A DNA stretch of 64,000 nucleotides. Source: an uncultured Candidatus Saccharibacteria bacterium (GTDB taxonomy: Bacteria; Patescibacteriota; Minisyncoccia; Phycocordibacterales; CALRHW01). Of this stretch, positions 27,896 through 37,857 are shown piece by piece (position 1 is the first letter of the stretch; every line of letters starts with the position of its first letter). Location: contig CAYOUG010000001.1 of NCBI GenBank assembly GCA_964407105.1, positions 96,227-160,226 on the forward strand, read 5' to 3'. The position numbers were made by a program, and so were the translations under genes. The notes beneath the pieces are model-generated. The model did no database searches. It had not been told where the DNA came from and saw only the letters and a program-made list of their open reading frames with translations.

Positions 27896-28468
27896 TTACT
27901 TTTTTGCCTTACCCTTACTCTTTTCTGCCTCCTCCCCCTTTTTAAACGGAAAGCCAAGGTGATCTAAAAACGCCTTTGCTTCGGTGGCATTTTTTGCTGT
28001 AGTTACAACAGTCACCGCCAAACCAAAGATGTCTTTAAGTTCTTCATCACTCGTTTCAGGGAAAATGCTATGTTCTCTGATACCAAGGGTATAATTACCC
28101 ATTGCATCAATCGCTTTTGAAGAAATGCCACGAAAGTCTTTTGTACGAGGAAGCGCGATGTTTACAAGTTTGTCGATAAAATCGTACATGCGTTTACCTC
28201 GAAGAGTAACCTGAAGGCCCACAGGATCACCTTGACGAACCTTAAAAGCGGCAATAGAAACTTTTGCTCCTTTCTTTGATGCTTTCTGACCGGTAATTTT
28301 TGTGAGGCGATCTTCTACTAGATCAATTTTTTTCTTGTCTTTAAAAGAACCGACACCAGCAGATATTACCACTTTTACCAAACGCGGTGCTTGCATTGGG
28401 TTTGTATATTTTTGTGATTCTTTGAGCGCCGTGAATGCTCCGTCATTTTTTTCTTTAATCGTTTTCAT
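27896..28468 (-). CDS. rplE: 50S ribosomal protein L5
   Basis: It has 'PRLVKVVISAGVG' and 'FRGIS...GNYTLGI'. Confidence 0.9.
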   Translation of the reverse strand: MKTIKEKNDGAFTALKESQKYTNPMQAPRLVKVVISAGVGSFKDKKKIDLVEDRLTKITGQKASKKGAKVSIAAFKVRQGDPVGLQVTLRGKRMYDFIDKLVNIALPRTKDFRGISSKAIDAMGNYTLGIREHSIFPETSDEELKDIFGLAVTVVTTAKNATEAKAFLDHLGFPFKKGEEAEKSKGKAKK

Positions 28469-28485
28469 ACGTGTGTATTATATCT

Positions 28486-28791
28486 TTAGAGTGTTGTTCC
28501 GCTTTTTTTAGAAATACGTATCTTTTTTGCACCATCTTTTTTAATGCCGACACGAGATGGTTTGTTTGTTTTTGGATCAACAATCATCACGTTTGAAATG
28601 TGAATTGGCATGGTTTTATCTACAATCTGACCCTTCTGACCGCTTTTGCGTCCACGTTCGTGTGTTTTTCTTACATTCACACCGGCCACAATTACTTTGT
28701 TTTCTTTAGGAAAAGACTTCACAACCTTTCCAGTTTTGCCTTTATCTTTTCCAGAAATCACTATTACATTGTCATCTTTGCGAATTTTCAT
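28486..28791 (-). CDS. rplX: 50S ribosomal protein L24
   Basis: It reads 'MKIRKDDNVIVISGKDKGKTGKV' and has a KOW motif. Confidence 0.9.
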   Translation of the reverse strand: MKIRKDDNVIVISGKDKGKTGKVVKSFPKENKVIVAGVNVRKTHERGRKSGQKGQIVDKTMPIHISNVMIVDPKTNKPSRVGIKKDGAKKIRISKKSGTTL

Positions 28792-28796
28792 GATGT

Positions 28797-29168
28797 TTAT
28801 ACTACTTCGGGTGCCTTAGAAATGATTGTTTGAAAACCAAACTCTCCGAGTTCTCGTGGAATTGGCCCGAAAATACGACCCGCAACAGGCTCGTCTTTTT
28901 CTTTTTCCAAAATCACTACTGCGTTTTCATCAAAACGAATATATGATCCGTCTTTTCGACGAAATGCTGCTTTTTGTCGCACCACCACCGCTCGAAGCAC
29001 GTCTTTCTTTTTTATAGTCTTTCGAGGAGCTGCTTTTTGAACCGAAAGAATGATGGTGTCACCAATACAAGCATATCTTTTCTTTGAACTACCGAGCACT
29101 TTGAACACTCGTCCGATTTGCGCTCCGGAGTTATCTGCTATTTTAATAATTGATCGTGGCTGAATCAT
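28797..29168 (-). CDS. rplN: 50S ribosomal protein L14
   Basis: It reads 'MIQPRSIIKIADNSGA'. Confidence 0.95.
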   Translation of the reverse strand: MIQPRSIIKIADNSGAQIGRVFKVLGSSKKRYACIGDTIILSVQKAAPRKTIKKKDVLRAVVVRQKAAFRRKDGSYIRFDENAVVILEKEKDEPVAGRIFGPIPRELGEFGFQTIISKAPEVV

Positions 29169-29174
29169 AAAAAT

Positions 29175-29417
29175 TTATAAAACTTTAAAATGCTTATCTT
29201 TTGAAATTGGTCGTGTTTCCTCAATGGTTACCACTTCCCCTATTTTTTTTGTATTACCAGCATCATGTGCCTTAAACTTTTTGTGAATATGAACAAATTT
29301 TTGATACTTTGGATGCTTAACATATCGTTCAACACGAACAACTATAGTGTCTTTCATTTTGTCTGACACCACAATTCCCTTTAGGGTTCGTTTTGCTTTT
29401 TGTATCTTTTTTTCCAT
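29175..29417 (-). CDS. rpsQ: 30S ribosomal protein S17
   Basis: It has 'KGIVVSDKMKDTIVVRVERYVKHPKYQK'. Confidence 0.9.
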   Translation of the reverse strand: MEKKIQKAKRTLKGIVVSDKMKDTIVVRVERYVKHPKYQKFVHIHKKFKAHDAGNTKKIGEVVTIEETRPISKDKHFKVL

Positions 29418-29418
29418 A

Positions 29419-29601
29419 TTATTTTACTCGTGATTGAAGCTCTGTAAGTATTCGAGCAATTTCTCGCTTGAGCTCACGTCCTTCTTTTACGTTTCGCACC
29501 TTACTTCCTGCAATACCAAATCTAAAATTTTTAAGCGCCACTCGCTTGTCTTGGAGTGTTTTCTGCAATTCTTGTTCTTTTGTGTTTTTTAGATCTGACA
29601 T
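29419..29601 (-). CDS. rpmC: 50S ribosomal protein L29
   Basis: It is a 60-aa helical protein in the position between L16 and S17. Confidence 0.85.
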   Translation of the reverse strand: MSDLKNTKEQELQKTLQDKRVALKNFRFGIAGSKVRNVKEGRELKREIARILTELQSRVK

Positions 29602-29644
29602 AACAATTTGTGTATAGTATCTTTTTTATGACTTAAGTCAACGT

Positions 29645-30070
29645 TTATGCCATTCCTCGGGCAATTATTTTTGATTTAAGAGGAAGTTTTGTTCCAGCTT
29701 TTCGAAGTGCTTCACGAGCAATTGCTTCATCCACTCCATCAACCTCAAAAATAACACGTCCTGGTTTTACAGGTACCTGATAACCCTGAAGATCTCCTTT
29801 TCCTTTTCCAAGCTTTACTTCAGCTGGCTTTGCGGTAAAAGGCATGTCTGGGAAAATACGTATCCAAATACGACCATTTTTACCAAGTGCACGAGAAAGA
29901 GTTTTTCGAGCAGCTTCGATTTGATTTGATCTGACACGCTCGTATGTAAGTGCCTTAAGTCCAAATGATCCAAAAGCAATAGTTGTGCCTCTAGTTGCAA
30001 CACCAATTTTTTTTGGGTTTTCTCGGAAAGTGTGCCACTTTCGATATTTAACTTTTTTAGGCATTAACAT
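29645..30070 (-). CDS. rplP: 50S ribosomal protein L16
   Basis: It has 'MLMPKKVKYRKWH' and 'RIWIRIFPD'. Confidence 0.95.
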   Translation of the reverse strand: MLMPKKVKYRKWHTFRENPKKIGVATRGTTIAFGSFGLKALTYERVRSNQIEAARKTLSRALGKNGRIWIRIFPDMPFTAKPAEVKLGKGKGDLQGYQVPVKPGRVIFEVDGVDEAIAREALRKAGTKLPLKSKIIARGMA

Positions 30071-30084
30071 GGTGGTAATTTAAA

Positions 30085-30756
30085 TTATGCTTTCTTGAGA
30101 TCCTTACTAAAAATATCTCCTTTATAAATCCAGACCTTAATACCGATTTTTCCGTATGGCAAATATGCTTCATATTTACAATAATCAACGTCTGCGCGAA
30201 GTGTTTGAAGTGGAACGCGTCCTTTTTTCATCTTTTCTGTTCGAGACATTTCTGCACCACCAAGACGTCCTGAAAGTTCAAGTTTTACACCAAGTACTTC
30301 ACGATTGGCCATAATTTTTTCTACCATCTGTTTCATCACGCGACGAAATGGCATTCTTTTCTCAAGACCCTCTGACACCATTTGTCCCACGATAGCAGCA
30401 TTTGCTTCTGGATATCGTACTTCTTTTATATCTATTTTTAATTCTTCTTTTCCAAGCATGTCTCTTTTTGAGAGCATAGCTATAAGATCGTTGCGAAGTT
30501 TTGTCATTCCCTCTCCATTTCGACCGATAATAGCTCCTGGTCTTGATGTTTCAATGATTACTCGAAGAATTTTTGCACCACGTTCTATTTCAATATTACT
30601 TATATATTGTCCACGAAGTTTCTTTTCTAGATATTCTCTAATAGTGATATCCCCTTTTAAAAGAATTTTGTATTGACCTTTTACACCAAACCAACGACTT
30701 TTCCAGTCTTTTATGATGCCAAGTCTATGTGAATATGGGTGTACTCTGTGTGACAT
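30085..30756 (-). CDS. rpsC: 30S ribosomal protein S3
   Basis: It has a KH domain ('RPGAIIGRNGEGM') and 'GRLGGAEMSRTE'. Confidence 0.95.
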   Translation of the reverse strand: MSHRVHPYSHRLGIIKDWKSRWFGVKGQYKILLKGDITIREYLEKKLRGQYISNIEIERGAKILRVIIETSRPGAIIGRNGEGMTKLRNDLIAMLSKRDMLGKEELKIDIKEVRYPEANAAIVGQMVSEGLEKRMPFRRVMKQMVEKIMANREVLGVKLELSGRLGGAEMSRTEKMKKGRVPLQTLRADVDYCKYEAYLPYGKIGIKVWIYKGDIFSKDLKKA

Positions 30757-30757
30757 G

Positions 30758-31174
30758 TTATTTTTTAATTGTTTTTGTTTTTGTAGTTTTTACAGAAACA
30801 GCTTTTTTAACTTTCTCTATTTTTTCTTTTTCTGTCTTAGCGATTTTTTCACCAAGCACGATAACTACAGAACTTGTACGTTTTCTAATAGGAAAAGCAC
30901 GTCCTCGTGCCATAGGCATTTGACGATAAAGTATTGCGCCACCATTAACACTTATATTTTTTATTACAAGATTTTCTATATCAAGATTTAAATTTTTTGC
31001 ATTTGATACTGCAGAATCGAGAAGTTTTTCTATAGGAAGTGCAGCTTTTTTGTCTGCAAAAGCAAGTGCGGCCTTAGCGGCATCTACACTTTTACCTCGA
31101 ATGAGATTTGCTACGAGTCGCACCTTTCTTGGTGATTGTCGGTAATTATTGAGTTGTGCGGTAGCAGTATTCAT
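30758..31174 (-). CDS. rplV: 50S ribosomal protein L22 (Lys-rich C-terminal tail)
   Basis: It has 'SPRKVRLVANLIRGKSVDAA'. Confidence 0.9.
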   Translation of the reverse strand: MNTATAQLNNYRQSPRKVRLVANLIRGKSVDAAKAALAFADKKAALPIEKLLDSAVSNAKNLNLDIENLVIKNISVNGGAILYRQMPMARGRAFPIRKRTSSVVIVLGEKIAKTEKEKIEKVKKAVSVKTTKTKTIKK

Positions 31175-31182
31175 GGCAAATA

Positions 31183-31527
31183 TTATTTCTTAGCGGTATC
31201 GCCAGTTGTTTTTGCAGATTGAGCAGCAGCAATTTCACCCTCCTTCTTTTTAATTTCAAGATCTTTCTGCATTTTTCCTCCGTGTTTAATAAACTTTCGA
31301 GTATGAGAAAATTCACCGAGACGGTGTCCTACCATGTCTTCGGTTACAAGAACCTCTATGTGTTCTCGGCCGTTGTGAACGCCGAAAATAAAACCTACCA
31401 TTTCAGGAGCTATTTGACTGTCTCTTGCCCATGTTTTTATAACACCGGTTTCAAGCGGTTTTTTGCCCTCAATTTTTTTGAGAAGCTTTTCATAAACATA
31501 TGGACCTTTTTTAAGTGATCGTGTCAT
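31183..31527 (-). CDS. rpsS: 30S ribosomal protein S19 (C-terminal extension)
   Basis: It has '[11 protein letters not shown]' and '[31 protein letters not shown]'. The start was chosen inside the longer ORF. Confidence 0.9.
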   Translation of the reverse strand: MTRSLKKGPYVYEKLLKKIEGKKPLETGVIKTWARDSQIAPEMVGFIFGVHNGREHIEVLVTEDMVGHRLGEFSHTRKFIKHGGKMQKDLEIKKKEGEIAAAQSAKTTGDTAKK

Positions 31528-31636
31528 TTTTAGACAGTTTTTTAGTCGTTTTTCGACTAGTTTAAATAAAAACAGCGCACCAGAACGCGTAGAGACCATC
31601 ATAGCCAAACGGCTAACAATAGTCAACCCTCTAACA

Positions 31637-32476
31637 CTACTGCTTACCTACCTTTCGACGGCTCACAATAAGGCGATTTGAGTACTTCTTTGGAGTACGT
31701 GACTTCTGGCCTTTTCCTGTAGGCTTGCCCCATCGGCTCTTTGCACGTCGAGTACCACGTCCTTGTCGTCCTTCTCCTCCACCGTATGGATGATCTACTG
31801 GGTTCATGGCAGTACCACGCACTGTAGGGCGAATACCAAGCCATCGGCTTCGTCCTGCTTTTCCTACAACAACAAGACGATTTTCTTCATTCGACACTTC
31901 ACCCACGCTCGCCCAAGCTGTTTCCTCTACTTTTCTCACCTCAGAAGAAGGCATTTTTAAATCTACATATCCACCGTCTTTTGCCACTACTTCAGCAAAG
32001 CTTCCTGCAGATCGTACCATTTTAGCACCGCCACGAGGCTTGATTTCAATATTGTATACAAATGTTCCTACGGTAATATTTCGCAAAGTAAGACGATTAC
32101 CGGGTTTTATTTCAGCTTTTTCTGAAGTGATGAGTGTGTTGCCCACTTTTACTCCCTTTGGAAGTAGTACGTAACGCTTTTCACCGTCTCGATAAAACAC
32201 AAGTCCAATAAAACCAGATCGATTTGGATCATATTCAACAGTTTTAACTGTGTATGGAATATCTAATTTTTCGTATCTAAAATCTATTTCACGGAAAAGA
32301 CGTTTGTGACCACCTCCTTTGTGTCGAGTAGTAATGCGTCCACGATTGTTGCGTCCCATTGGTCTGTGAAAACCTTTTGTGAGAGCTTTTTCTGGATCAT
32401 TTACGGTTATAAAATCACCGTATGAAATGGTTGTGAGTTGTCGACGACTTGGTGATGTTGGTTTATATCTTTTCAT
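31637..32476 (-). CDS. rplB: 50S ribosomal protein L2
   Basis: It has '[19 protein letters not shown]' and '[12 protein letters not shown]'. Confidence 0.95.
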   Translation of the reverse strand: MKRYKPTSPSRRQLTTISYGDFITVNDPEKALTKGFHRPMGRNNRGRITTRHKGGGHKRLFREIDFRYEKLDIPYTVKTVEYDPNRSGFIGLVFYRDGEKRYVLLPKGVKVGNTLITSEKAEIKPGNRLTLRNITVGTFVYNIEIKPRGGAKMVRSAGSFAEVVAKDGGYVDLKMPSSEVRKVEETAWASVGEVSNEENRLVVVGKAGRSRWLGIRPTVRGTAMNPVDHPYGGGEGRQGRGTRRAKSRWGKPTGKGQKSRTPKKYSNRLIVSRRKVGKQ

Positions 32477-32484
32477 GTTGGTGA

Positions 32485-32754
32485 TTATATAATCTCAATT
32501 TTATCTCCTTCTTTGAGATATACGTACGCTTTTTTTATTGAAGCAGTTTTACCTCGTTTACCACGAACAAGTACTTTTTTTGCAGGAGTTGTGGTGATAT
32601 TCACAAATTTTGGACGAACTTTGTAATCCGCGAAAATAGCGTTAGCAACGTCATGTTTGTTGGCGTTTTTATGAATTTCAAAAACATATGCATGTTTTTC
32701 TGTTTGCATTGTTGCTTTCTCTGTTATTCGAGGTCGTATAAGTATGTGTGTCAT
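32485..32754 (-). CDS. rplW: 50S ribosomal protein L23
   Basis: It has 'IRPRITEKA...YVFEI'. Confidence 0.85.
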   Translation of the reverse strand: MTHILIRPRITEKATMQTEKHAYVFEIHKNANKHDVANAIFADYKVRPKFVNITTTPAKKVLVRGKRGKTASIKKAYVYLKEGDKIEII

Positions 32755-32755
32755 A

Positions 32756-33520
32756 TTATTTTTTTACAACTTTTTTCACAGTTTTGGTTTTTGTGGTCTT
32801 TTTTGCAACCTTTTTTGTTTTTTCTTTCGCAACAACCTTTTTGACTGACGCCACCCCCGCTGTTTCTCCACGAAGCAAAGCTTTTACAGATTCTTCTGGA
32901 TCTGCAAATATTACAAACTTTGAGTTCACAAGGTGAAGTGGATTAATATTTCGTGTTTCGCTCACCTCAATATTTGAAAAATTACGAAAACTTTTTTCAG
33001 TAGCTGAATTTTTTGTAGCAAACGCAAGAAGTGCAGCATTTGTTTTCTTTTTTGAAATTGCCTCAAAACCCTTGATAGAAGCAAGGGCGTTTATCACCAC
33101 TTTTGCATCTTTTGTTTTTGGAACACCAAAAGAAAGAGAATCTATGAAAAGTATTTCACCGTCTTTATATTTGCGAGACAAAATAGTGAAAAGTGCTTTT
33201 GTCTTCATCTTTTTATTTACCTTTCGGTCAAAATTTTTGTCGTTGCGAGGACCATGAGTGATACCTCCACCTACCCATATTGGAGATCGAGAAGAGCCGT
33301 GTCGAGCGCGACCGGTTCCTTTTTGCTGCCAAGGTTTTTTTCCTCCTCCACGTACTTCACCACGGGTTTTTACGTGCGCTATTGGAAAACGAGCTGAAGA
33401 AGTAAGAGATGTAATAACTTGATGCACAAGATCAGAATTCCAAGGTAAACCAAAAACATTTTCTGGAAGTGTTATGTTTCCGACGCTGTCACCTTTTTGG
33501 TTGTATACTTTTGATTCCAT
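32756..33520 (-). CDS. rplD: 50S ribosomal protein L4 (Lys-rich C-terminal extension)
   Basis: It has 'KKPWQQKGTGRARHGS'. Confidence 0.9.
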   Translation of the reverse strand: MESKVYNQKGDSVGNITLPENVFGLPWNSDLVHQVITSLTSSARFPIAHVKTRGEVRGGGKKPWQQKGTGRARHGSSRSPIWVGGGITHGPRNDKNFDRKVNKKMKTKALFTILSRKYKDGEILFIDSLSFGVPKTKDAKVVINALASIKGFEAISKKKTNAALLAFATKNSATEKSFRNFSNIEVSETRNINPLHLVNSKFVIFADPEESVKALLRGETAGVASVKKVVAKEKTKKVAKKTTKTKTVKKVVKK

Positions 33521-33534
33521 AATAAAATAAATAT

Positions 33535-34155
33535 TTATGCGGTGCGGACTTCTACAAGCGTGCCCCTTCTTCCCGGAATAGCACCTTTCACTAGAATCAT
33601 GTTGTGTGCCATGTCGATATCTACAATTTGTAGGTTTTGCACAGTAATACGATCGCCTCCCATTCGGCCGGCCATACGCATATTTTTTGGCACACGTCCT
33701 CCATTTCTATTTCCTCCTGAAATAGAACCTGGTTCGCGTTCTGAATGTTTCTGACCGTGACTTCGGGGTCCTCCACGGAAACCGTGTCTTTTTACCACAC
33801 CCTGAAAACCCTTTCCTTTTGATGTAGAAGAGATTACTACATTGTCCCCTTTTGCAAAAGTACTAGCATCGATAGTGTCGCCTACTTTTAGAGCACTCTC
33901 CTCACTGTCGAGTCGGAACTCTTTTGTGTACATAAAATTACCAAGTGTTTTAAAGTGGCCTTTTTGTGCTTTTGCAATATTTTTTTCCTTTCGAGCACCA
34001 AAGCCTACTTGCACAGCTTTATATCCATCTTTTCCTCCGTCTTTTACTTGTGTCACCACTATAGGACCGGCTTCGACTACGGTTACAGGAACAACAAGAC
34101 CTTGTTCATCAAAGACTTGTGACATTGTTACTTTTTTTCCGAGAATGAATTTCAT
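33535..34155 (-). CDS. rplC: 50S ribosomal protein L3
   Basis: It has 'GKGFQGVVKRHGF' and 'GGNRNGGRV'. Confidence 0.95.
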   Translation of the reverse strand: MKFILGKKVTMSQVFDEQGLVVPVTVVEAGPIVVTQVKDGGKDGYKAVQVGFGARKEKNIAKAQKGHFKTLGNFMYTKEFRLDSEESALKVGDTIDASTFAKGDNVVISSTSKGKGFQGVVKRHGFRGGPRSHGQKHSEREPGSISGGNRNGGRVPKNMRMAGRMGGDRITVQNLQIVDIDMAHNMILVKGAIPGRRGTLVEVRTA

Positions 34156-34173
34156 GCTGTTTTTATATAATAC

Positions 34174-34215
34174 GAGGCCTCGTGGGTGGGGGTTTAACCC
34201 ACCCCAAGAGGCCTC
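34174..34215. repeat. GC-rich compound hairpin between rpsJ and rplC
   Basis: GAGGCCTC-GT-GGGTGGG-(GGTTTAA)-CCCACCC-CAAG-AGGCCTC gives an 8+7 bp stem with an internal loop. No adjacent T-run exists on either strand. Confidence 0.5.
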
Positions 34216-34224
34216 ATACTAGCC

Positions 34225-34581
34225 TTACATTATCTTTACGTCAATATTTACACCTGAAGGCAAGCTTAGATTTGTGAGAGACTCAATAATCTTTGGGCTT
34301 GGATTTAAAATGTCGATGAGACGTTTGTGAATGCGCATCTCAAACTGCTCTCGAGCATTTTTGTATACGAACGCCGCGCGATTGACTGTATACTTTTTTA
34401 TTTCTGTTGGAAGAGGAATTGGTCCAAGTACCGTTGCGTCGTATCGAATAGCTGTATCAATAATTTGTTTTACCGACAAATCGAGTACTTTGTATTCGTA
34501 CGCCTGCACCCGAATACGAAGTTTTTGAATGGTATCTCCAGTTTTCTTTGGTGCTTTTTTTGTTACGGTTGCTTTGGTCAT
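34225..34581 (-). CDS. rpsJ: 30S ribosomal protein S10 (short N-terminal extension)
   Basis: It has 'IRIRVQAYEYKVLD' and 'GPIPLPT'. The start was chosen at MTKATV, because the longer ORF overlaps the tuf 3' end. Confidence 0.9.
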   Translation of the reverse strand: MTKATVTKKAPKKTGDTIQKLRIRVQAYEYKVLDLSVKQIIDTAIRYDATVLGPIPLPTEIKKYTVNRAAFVYKNAREQFEMRIHKRLIDILNPSPKIIESLTNLSLPSGVNIDVKIM

Positions 34582-34615
34582 GTTCCTTTTTAATGTACTA
34601 CTTTCTTTAATAGAG

Positions 34616-35812
34616 TTAAGCGATAATTTTTGTGATAACTCCCGCTCCCACCGTTTTACCTCCTTCTCGAATAGCAAATCTTTGTTTTTCTTCAAGAGCA
34701 ACTGGTGCTACAAGCTTTACTTTGAAAGTCACTGTGTCTCCTGGCATAACCATTTCAACACCCTCTTTTAGAGTCACATCTCCTGTAACGTCTGTTGTTC
34801 GGATATAGAATTGTGGTTTGTATCCTGAGAAGAAAGGAGTGTGTCGTCCACCTTCTTCTTTCTTTAGAATGTAAACTTCTGATTCAAACTCTGTGTGAGG
34901 TGTTACTGATCCTGGTTTTGCAAGAACCTGTCCTCGAGAAATATCTTCTTTTTTAAGACCTCGAACAAGAATTCCGGCATTGTCTCCAGCCATACCCTCA
35001 GAAAGTGATTTGTTGAACATTTCGATACCAGTCACAACAGTCTTTGCAATAGGTTTTAGACCAACAACTTCTACCTCTTCACCCACTTTTATAACACCGC
35101 GTTCGATACGTCCGGTTACCACTGTTCCACGACCTTCGATTGAGAAAATGTCCTCAACTGGCATAAGAAATGCCTTTTCAAGATCACGAGCTGGAATTGG
35201 AATGTATGTATCAAGAACGTTTGCGAGTTCAAGAATCTTTTGTGCCCATTCATCACTATTATCTTTTGCTTCAAGTGCTTTTAGACCAGAACCACGAATC
35301 ACAGGAGCGTTTGCGCCATCATATTCATTTTTTGTAAGGAGTTCACGCACTTCTTCTTCCACAAGGTCAATGAGTTCTTTATCAGGAACCATGTCACACT
35401 TGTTTAGAAAAACAACAACCTTTGGTACTCCAATCTGTCGAGCCAAAAGAATATGTTCGCGAGTTTGTGGCATAACACCGTCTGTAGCAGCCACCACAAG
35501 AATAGCACCGTCCATTTGAGCGGCACCGGTGATCATGTTTTTAATATAGTCGGCATGGCCCGGAGCGTCGATGTGAGCGTAATGACGAGTTGGTGTTTCG
35601 TATTCGTTGTGAGAAAGCGCAATGGTAATACCACGAGCTTTTTCTTCAGGGGCTTTATCAATACCGTCGATACCCACAACCTTTGCACTAAAACCTGTGC
35701 CTTGTCGTGATAGAACCGCAAGAATAGCTGCTGTTAATGTGGTCTTTCCATGATCAACGTGGCCGATAGTTCCTACGTTTACATGGGGTTTTGATCGATC
35801 AAAATCTGTCAT
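34616..35812 (-). CDS. tuf: elongation factor Tu
   Basis: It has '[23 protein letters not shown]', 'DAPGHADY' and 'NKCD'. Confidence 0.97.
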   Translation of the reverse strand: MTDFDRSKPHVNVGTIGHVDHGKTTLTAAILAVLSRQGTGFSAKVVGIDGIDKAPEEKARGITIALSHNEYETPTRHYAHIDAPGHADYIKNMITGAAQMDGAILVVAATDGVMPQTREHILLARQIGVPKVVVFLNKCDMVPDKELIDLVEEEVRELLTKNEYDGANAPVIRGSGLKALEAKDNSDEWAQKILELANVLDTYIPIPARDLEKAFLMPVEDIFSIEGRGTVVTGRIERGVIKVGEEVEVVGLKPIAKTVVTGIEMFNKSLSEGMAGDNAGILVRGLKKEDISRGQVLAKPGSVTPHTEFESEVYILKKEEGGRHTPFFSGYKPQFYIRTTDVTGDVTLKEGVEMVMPGDTVTFKVKLVAPVALEEKQRFAIREGGKTVGAGVITKIIA

Positions 35813-36004
35813 GTTTTTAATGTTAGCCCGACACACAGTGTGGTCGAGGGGTTATAAATAAATTACTGCTTTATTTCGTTTTGTATGATGTTTTTTGAAG
35901 ACAACAAAACAAAAACGGCGCAAAAAGCGATAGTGCTCATATTAGCAAACGATGTGCAATAGTCAAGCAGACACGGCTTGAACAACAATTATCATTTGTT
36001 GGAC

Positions 36005-36034
36005 TTGACATGGTCACTAAAAATATGCTATTGT
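36005..36034 (+). promoter_or_regulatory. sigma70-type promoter (TTGACA, 18 nt, TGcTATTGT extended -10) for the 36080 gene
   Basis: I read it directly. AAGGAG lies 7 nt before the ATG at 36080. Confidence 0.5.
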
Positions 36035-36079
36035 GTGAGCGAGGTTACTGTCTTTTCGCCACCTTAAAGGAGACCTATA

Positions 36080-36334
36080 ATGGCTGAAACAAAAGACTAC
36101 GGTATTCAAATGCCCACTTCACGCGGCGGTTTCATGTTCTTTTTTTACGTGTTCTTTGCGGTAATGGGGCTCATCTCGTGGAATTTTGGCTTAACAGGAG
36201 CTCATGTGTTTTTGTTTGTTGTTTCGCTTGTTCTTTTGATTATATTATCAATGAGTGACTGTCCATTGTCTTTAATAGGTTGTGTGGGAGTGGTGGCTAT
36301 TACGTTACTAGTCCTACTACGATTAACTCTTTGA
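36080..36334 (+). CDS. small membrane protein (3 TM helices), hypothetical
   Basis: It has a strong promoter and SD, and hydrophobic helices. It is inserted between tuf and fusA. Confidence 0.55.
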   Translation: MAETKDYGIQMPTSRGGFMFFFYVFFAVMGLISWNFGLTGAHVFLFVVSLVLLIILSMSDCPLSLIGCVGVVAITLLVLLRLTL

Positions 36335-36518
36335 GGTGAAATAGGGTGTCACGTAAAGTCTAAGTCTTTTTCTTCACAATCGAAGCGATCAATTCTGGTC
36401 GCTTTTTCTTTTGACAATTTACAAAAATCTCTAAAAAAGAATACCAATATTGGGTTTTAGATTTAAAAAAGAAAGCCCCGACGAGAATTGTTGGGGCAGT
36501 GAAAACAAGTGGAGCTGG

Positions 36519-37091
36519 TCACTTGGATGTGTCAGCTTGGTCCAGTGAGCGGTCCAACTCTTCTCGCGCGGCCTTCTGCGAAGCTTGGAGCCAATCCGTC
36601 CAAGATGTCCACTGCGAAGATGGGAGCGGTGGCTTGAGAACAAGCAGTTTGTCGCCCCCTAGTCGCTTCGCGGTGGAACCGGTCAACACCATCACCACAT
36701 AACGCACCGGGTGATGATTCAGCTCTTCAAGCATGCTCCCCGTATTGCGCGGAGACATTTTACACCTGGTCATATGACTCCACGGCTTCCAGAAAACTGG
36801 CGGTCGAACCATCTCAAGATCAGAATTAAGCCACACATCACTCTTCCCCACCAGCAGTACTCCAAGTACAGCGTGATGACCCAGCTCGTGGAAACCCGCA
36901 GGGCGCACATACATATCCGACAAGGTTGCCGGTCGCACCTTGATTGAGCGGATCTTGTTGGGATAGAAAGCAAGCCATGGTAGCCTTGCCCTATATCCCT
37001 CCAGACCAGTCCCAGAAAGAGGTTCGAGTTCGTATATCTCATTGAACATTTTCTCGATTTCTGGTGAAAAAAAATACTCTGGGTAAATCAT
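36519..37091 (-). CDS. HExxH zinc metallopeptidase-like protein (possibly ImmA/IrrE-M78-like), in a GC-rich gene
   Basis: The motif is 'YVRPAGFHELGHHAVLGVLL'. AAGGAG lies 8 nt upstream of the ATG at 37091. A TTGACA-containing promoter lies upstream. GC is markedly higher than in the flanking str-operon spacer. Confidence 0.5.
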   Translation of the reverse strand: MIYPEYFFSPEIEKMFNEIYELEPLSGTGLEGYRARLPWLAFYPNKIRSIKVRPATLSDMYVRPAGFHELGHHAVLGVLLVGKSDVWLNSDLEMVRPPVFWKPWSHMTRCKMSPRNTGSMLEELNHHPVRYVVMVLTGSTAKRLGGDKLLVLKPPLPSSQWTSWTDWLQASQKAAREELDRSLDQADTSK

Positions 37092-37291
37092 TCCAAATCT
37101 CCTTCGTGGCACAGCCACTTTGTAGAAGCGCACAGCACTTCATAAGTAAAGAACGGGTAAAGCACGGCTTTACCGCCAAAAACATAATATAACAAAAGTA
37201 TATTTTGTCAAATAGAATTACCGCCGGTATCACGAGGTTTCTTTATAACTTCTTTAGGGAAACTTTAGGAAATATATGATTCTATTTAGGG

Positions 37292-37825
37292 ATGAAAAAC
37301 AATAATACACAAGATTCAATTGAAGTTGTTTTAAGTGAAAATGTACAAAATAAAATTTATATGATTAGAAATGAAAAGGTTATGCTCGATTTTGATTTGG
37401 CTGCACTTTACAAGATAAAAACCCAAGCTCTTAATCAAGCCGTTAAAAGAAACCTGAAAAGATTTCCTTCTGATTTTATGTTTCCCCTAAGTAAAGACGA
37501 GGAGAAAATTTTGATATCACAAATTGTGATATCAAAATCAGGCGGTAGACGAAAACCTGTCTTCGCCTTTACCGAGCAAGGCATAGCAATGCTCTCAAGC
37601 GTTCTAAAAAGCGACCGCGCTATTGCGGTAAACATTCAAATAATAAGAACATTCACCCAGCTAAGGCGCATGCTTTCAACCCACAAAGAACTCCGAGAGA
37701 AAATTGAGGAGCTTGAGAAAAAGTATGATGGAAAATTTGAAATCCTCTTTAAAACGATTCGGCAAATTTTAACAGAACAAGAAGAACCTAGAGAAAAAAT
37801 TGGGTTTAAAAATCAAAATCTATAA
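37292..37825 (+). CDS. ORF6N-domain (KilA-N-related, phage-associated) DNA-binding protein
   Basis: 'IRNEKVMLDFDLAALYKIKTQALNQAVKRNLKRFPSDFMF' and 'GGRRKPVFAFTEQGIAMLSSVLKSDRAIAVNIQIIRTF' match the ORF6N signature. Confidence 0.65.
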   Translation: MKNNNTQDSIEVVLSENVQNKIYMIRNEKVMLDFDLAALYKIKTQALNQAVKRNLKRFPSDFMFPLSKDEEKILISQIVISKSGGRRKPVFAFTEQGIAMLSSVLKSDRAIAVNIQIIRTFTQLRRMLSTHKELREKIEELEKKYDGKFEILFKTIRQILTEQEEPREKIGFKNQNL

Positions 37826-37857
37826 ACAAAAAACCGCCAGAGGCGGTTTTTTGTTTT

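Noticed and set aside
25584-35721. I considered the many 60-180-aa ORFs antisense to or overlapping ribosomal protein genes, for example 25803..26129, 30305..30676, 31806..32174 and 34980..35519.
   Set aside because: They lie inside highly conserved genes on the opposite strand or frame. Their translations are low-complexity, and none has its own RBS or terminator.
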